A stretch of DNA of 63,989 nucleotides, counting the filler, from Octopus bimaculoides (lineage: Eukaryota): assembly GCF_001194135.2 (NCBI RefSeq). It is 11 parts of 10 records of this genome, joined end to end, with 100 filler letters (N's around TTAATTAATTAA, not from the genome) between each part and the next. Parts side by side here need not be neighbours in the genome. Positions count along the whole stretch, not along the records: positions 62,645 to 63,989 come from NW_026343321.1; 10 more parts are not named here. One strand, written 5' to 3'. Every line of letters starts with the position of its first letter. Positions within the stretch are counted from its first letter, which is position 1. The notes beneath the pieces are model-generated. The model worked only from the letters and a program-made list of their open reading frames with translations, did not search any database and had not been told where the DNA came from. This document shows positions 62,894-63,989 of the stretch, in pieces. Both the position numbers and the translations under genes were made by a program.

Positions 62894-63237
62894 AAGAGAG
62901 AGAGAAGAGAGAGAAGGGAGGGGAGAGAGAGAGAGAGAGAGGAAGAATCGTATGTATGGTTATATAACTACAGTTAAAAAGAAATAATGTAGATAGATAA
63001 GGTAGATGAATTGAAAGTAAAAGATTACTTGAGAGGCAAAAAAAGTGAACGGGTAATAAAGAAATAGAAGAAACATGTTTAAAACAGATGTTAAGGAATA
63101 ATATCGAAGCAAAATATTATGAAATATATGTCATGCATGAATATAATACAATTACATTGATGATAGAATTTCCGAATATAATTGATGAAAAAAAACCCAC
63201 AAAACGTAATAATAATAACGGTGTTGATGGCGATAGA

Positions 63238-63238
63238 G

Positions 63239-63298
<60 letters not shown>

Positions 63299-63303
63299 TG
63301 ATG

Positions 63304-63335
<32 letters not shown>

Positions 63336-63345
63336 AATAATAATA
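63238..63345. repeat. (AAT)n(GAT)n microsatellite
   Basis: Read directly. Confidence 0.95.
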
Positions 63346-63654
63346 GAAATAACAGCAGTAACAAAAATAACAACGATAATATAAATAATAGCACTAAAAA
63401 TAAGGACAAACAACAAAAAATAAATCTCTGTGCAGTTTGATTCTTTTATAGTGTAACTCGTGACTTATATCTAATTTTATTGAAACATTTCTAACTATTG
63501 TGCCAATAAAAGCTTACGTAAGCATAACGTTTCTCACTTTTTTTTTATATTCACACAACAGCCTTTCATTTAACTATGTACATTCTTCATTTTCTTCGAT
63601 TGTGAGTATAGACAAATACTTAAAAATAACATGTAATACGCACACGCGTATATA

Positions 63655-63742
<88 letters not shown>

Positions 63743-63945
63743 GCTTATATAATCTCCCATGCATTCCAATCGGGTACTTACTTGTAAAATATATACTGAC
63801 ACATAACTATATAGATATATACATAAACATTCATTCATACATAGATACCTACCTACATACATACATATACAAGTACATATAAATAGTATACATAAAATAA
63901 ATGTGTCTATGTATGTATGTATGTATATATACATACGCATAATAC

Positions 63946-63989
<44 letters not shown>

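Overview
AT-rich, microsatellite-dense animal genomic DNA with roughly 8 kb of N gaps (my estimate), several split by an artificial TTAATTAATTAA spacer. The repeat families and assembly style point to an octopus (coleoid cephalopod) draft scaffold; this is inference from remembered repeat families, not a database match. No intact protein-coding gene is recognisable, and nearly all long ORFs in the track are gap or microsatellite artefacts. The window looks intergenic or deep-intronic. It contains one well-formed tRNA-Ser(CGA) gene (56302-56383, minus). There are about 23 copies or fragments of three tRNA-headed SINE families, labelled A, B and C here. Decayed LINE pieces include a CR1-group 3' end, two RTE fragments, two R4/Dong-like fragments and a possible Penelope piece. 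DNA transposon remnants are a near-full-length decayed Tigger/pogo, three maT/DD37D pieces, other Tc1/mariner pieces and a Helentron-type HINE. A few candidate exons have strong splice sites. The most interesting object is a ~0.4-0.5 kb element present twice (31988-32480, 37768-38180). It has a tRNA-like Pol III head between long inverted arms, and the arm consensus reads as a minimal Penelope-type hammerhead ribozyme, suggesting a SINE-like element mobilised by Penelope-like retroelements. Also notable: a LINE 3' tail shared with SINE family B, an RTE copy with twin-priming-like inversion geometry, and a perfect 42-bp-arm hairpin.
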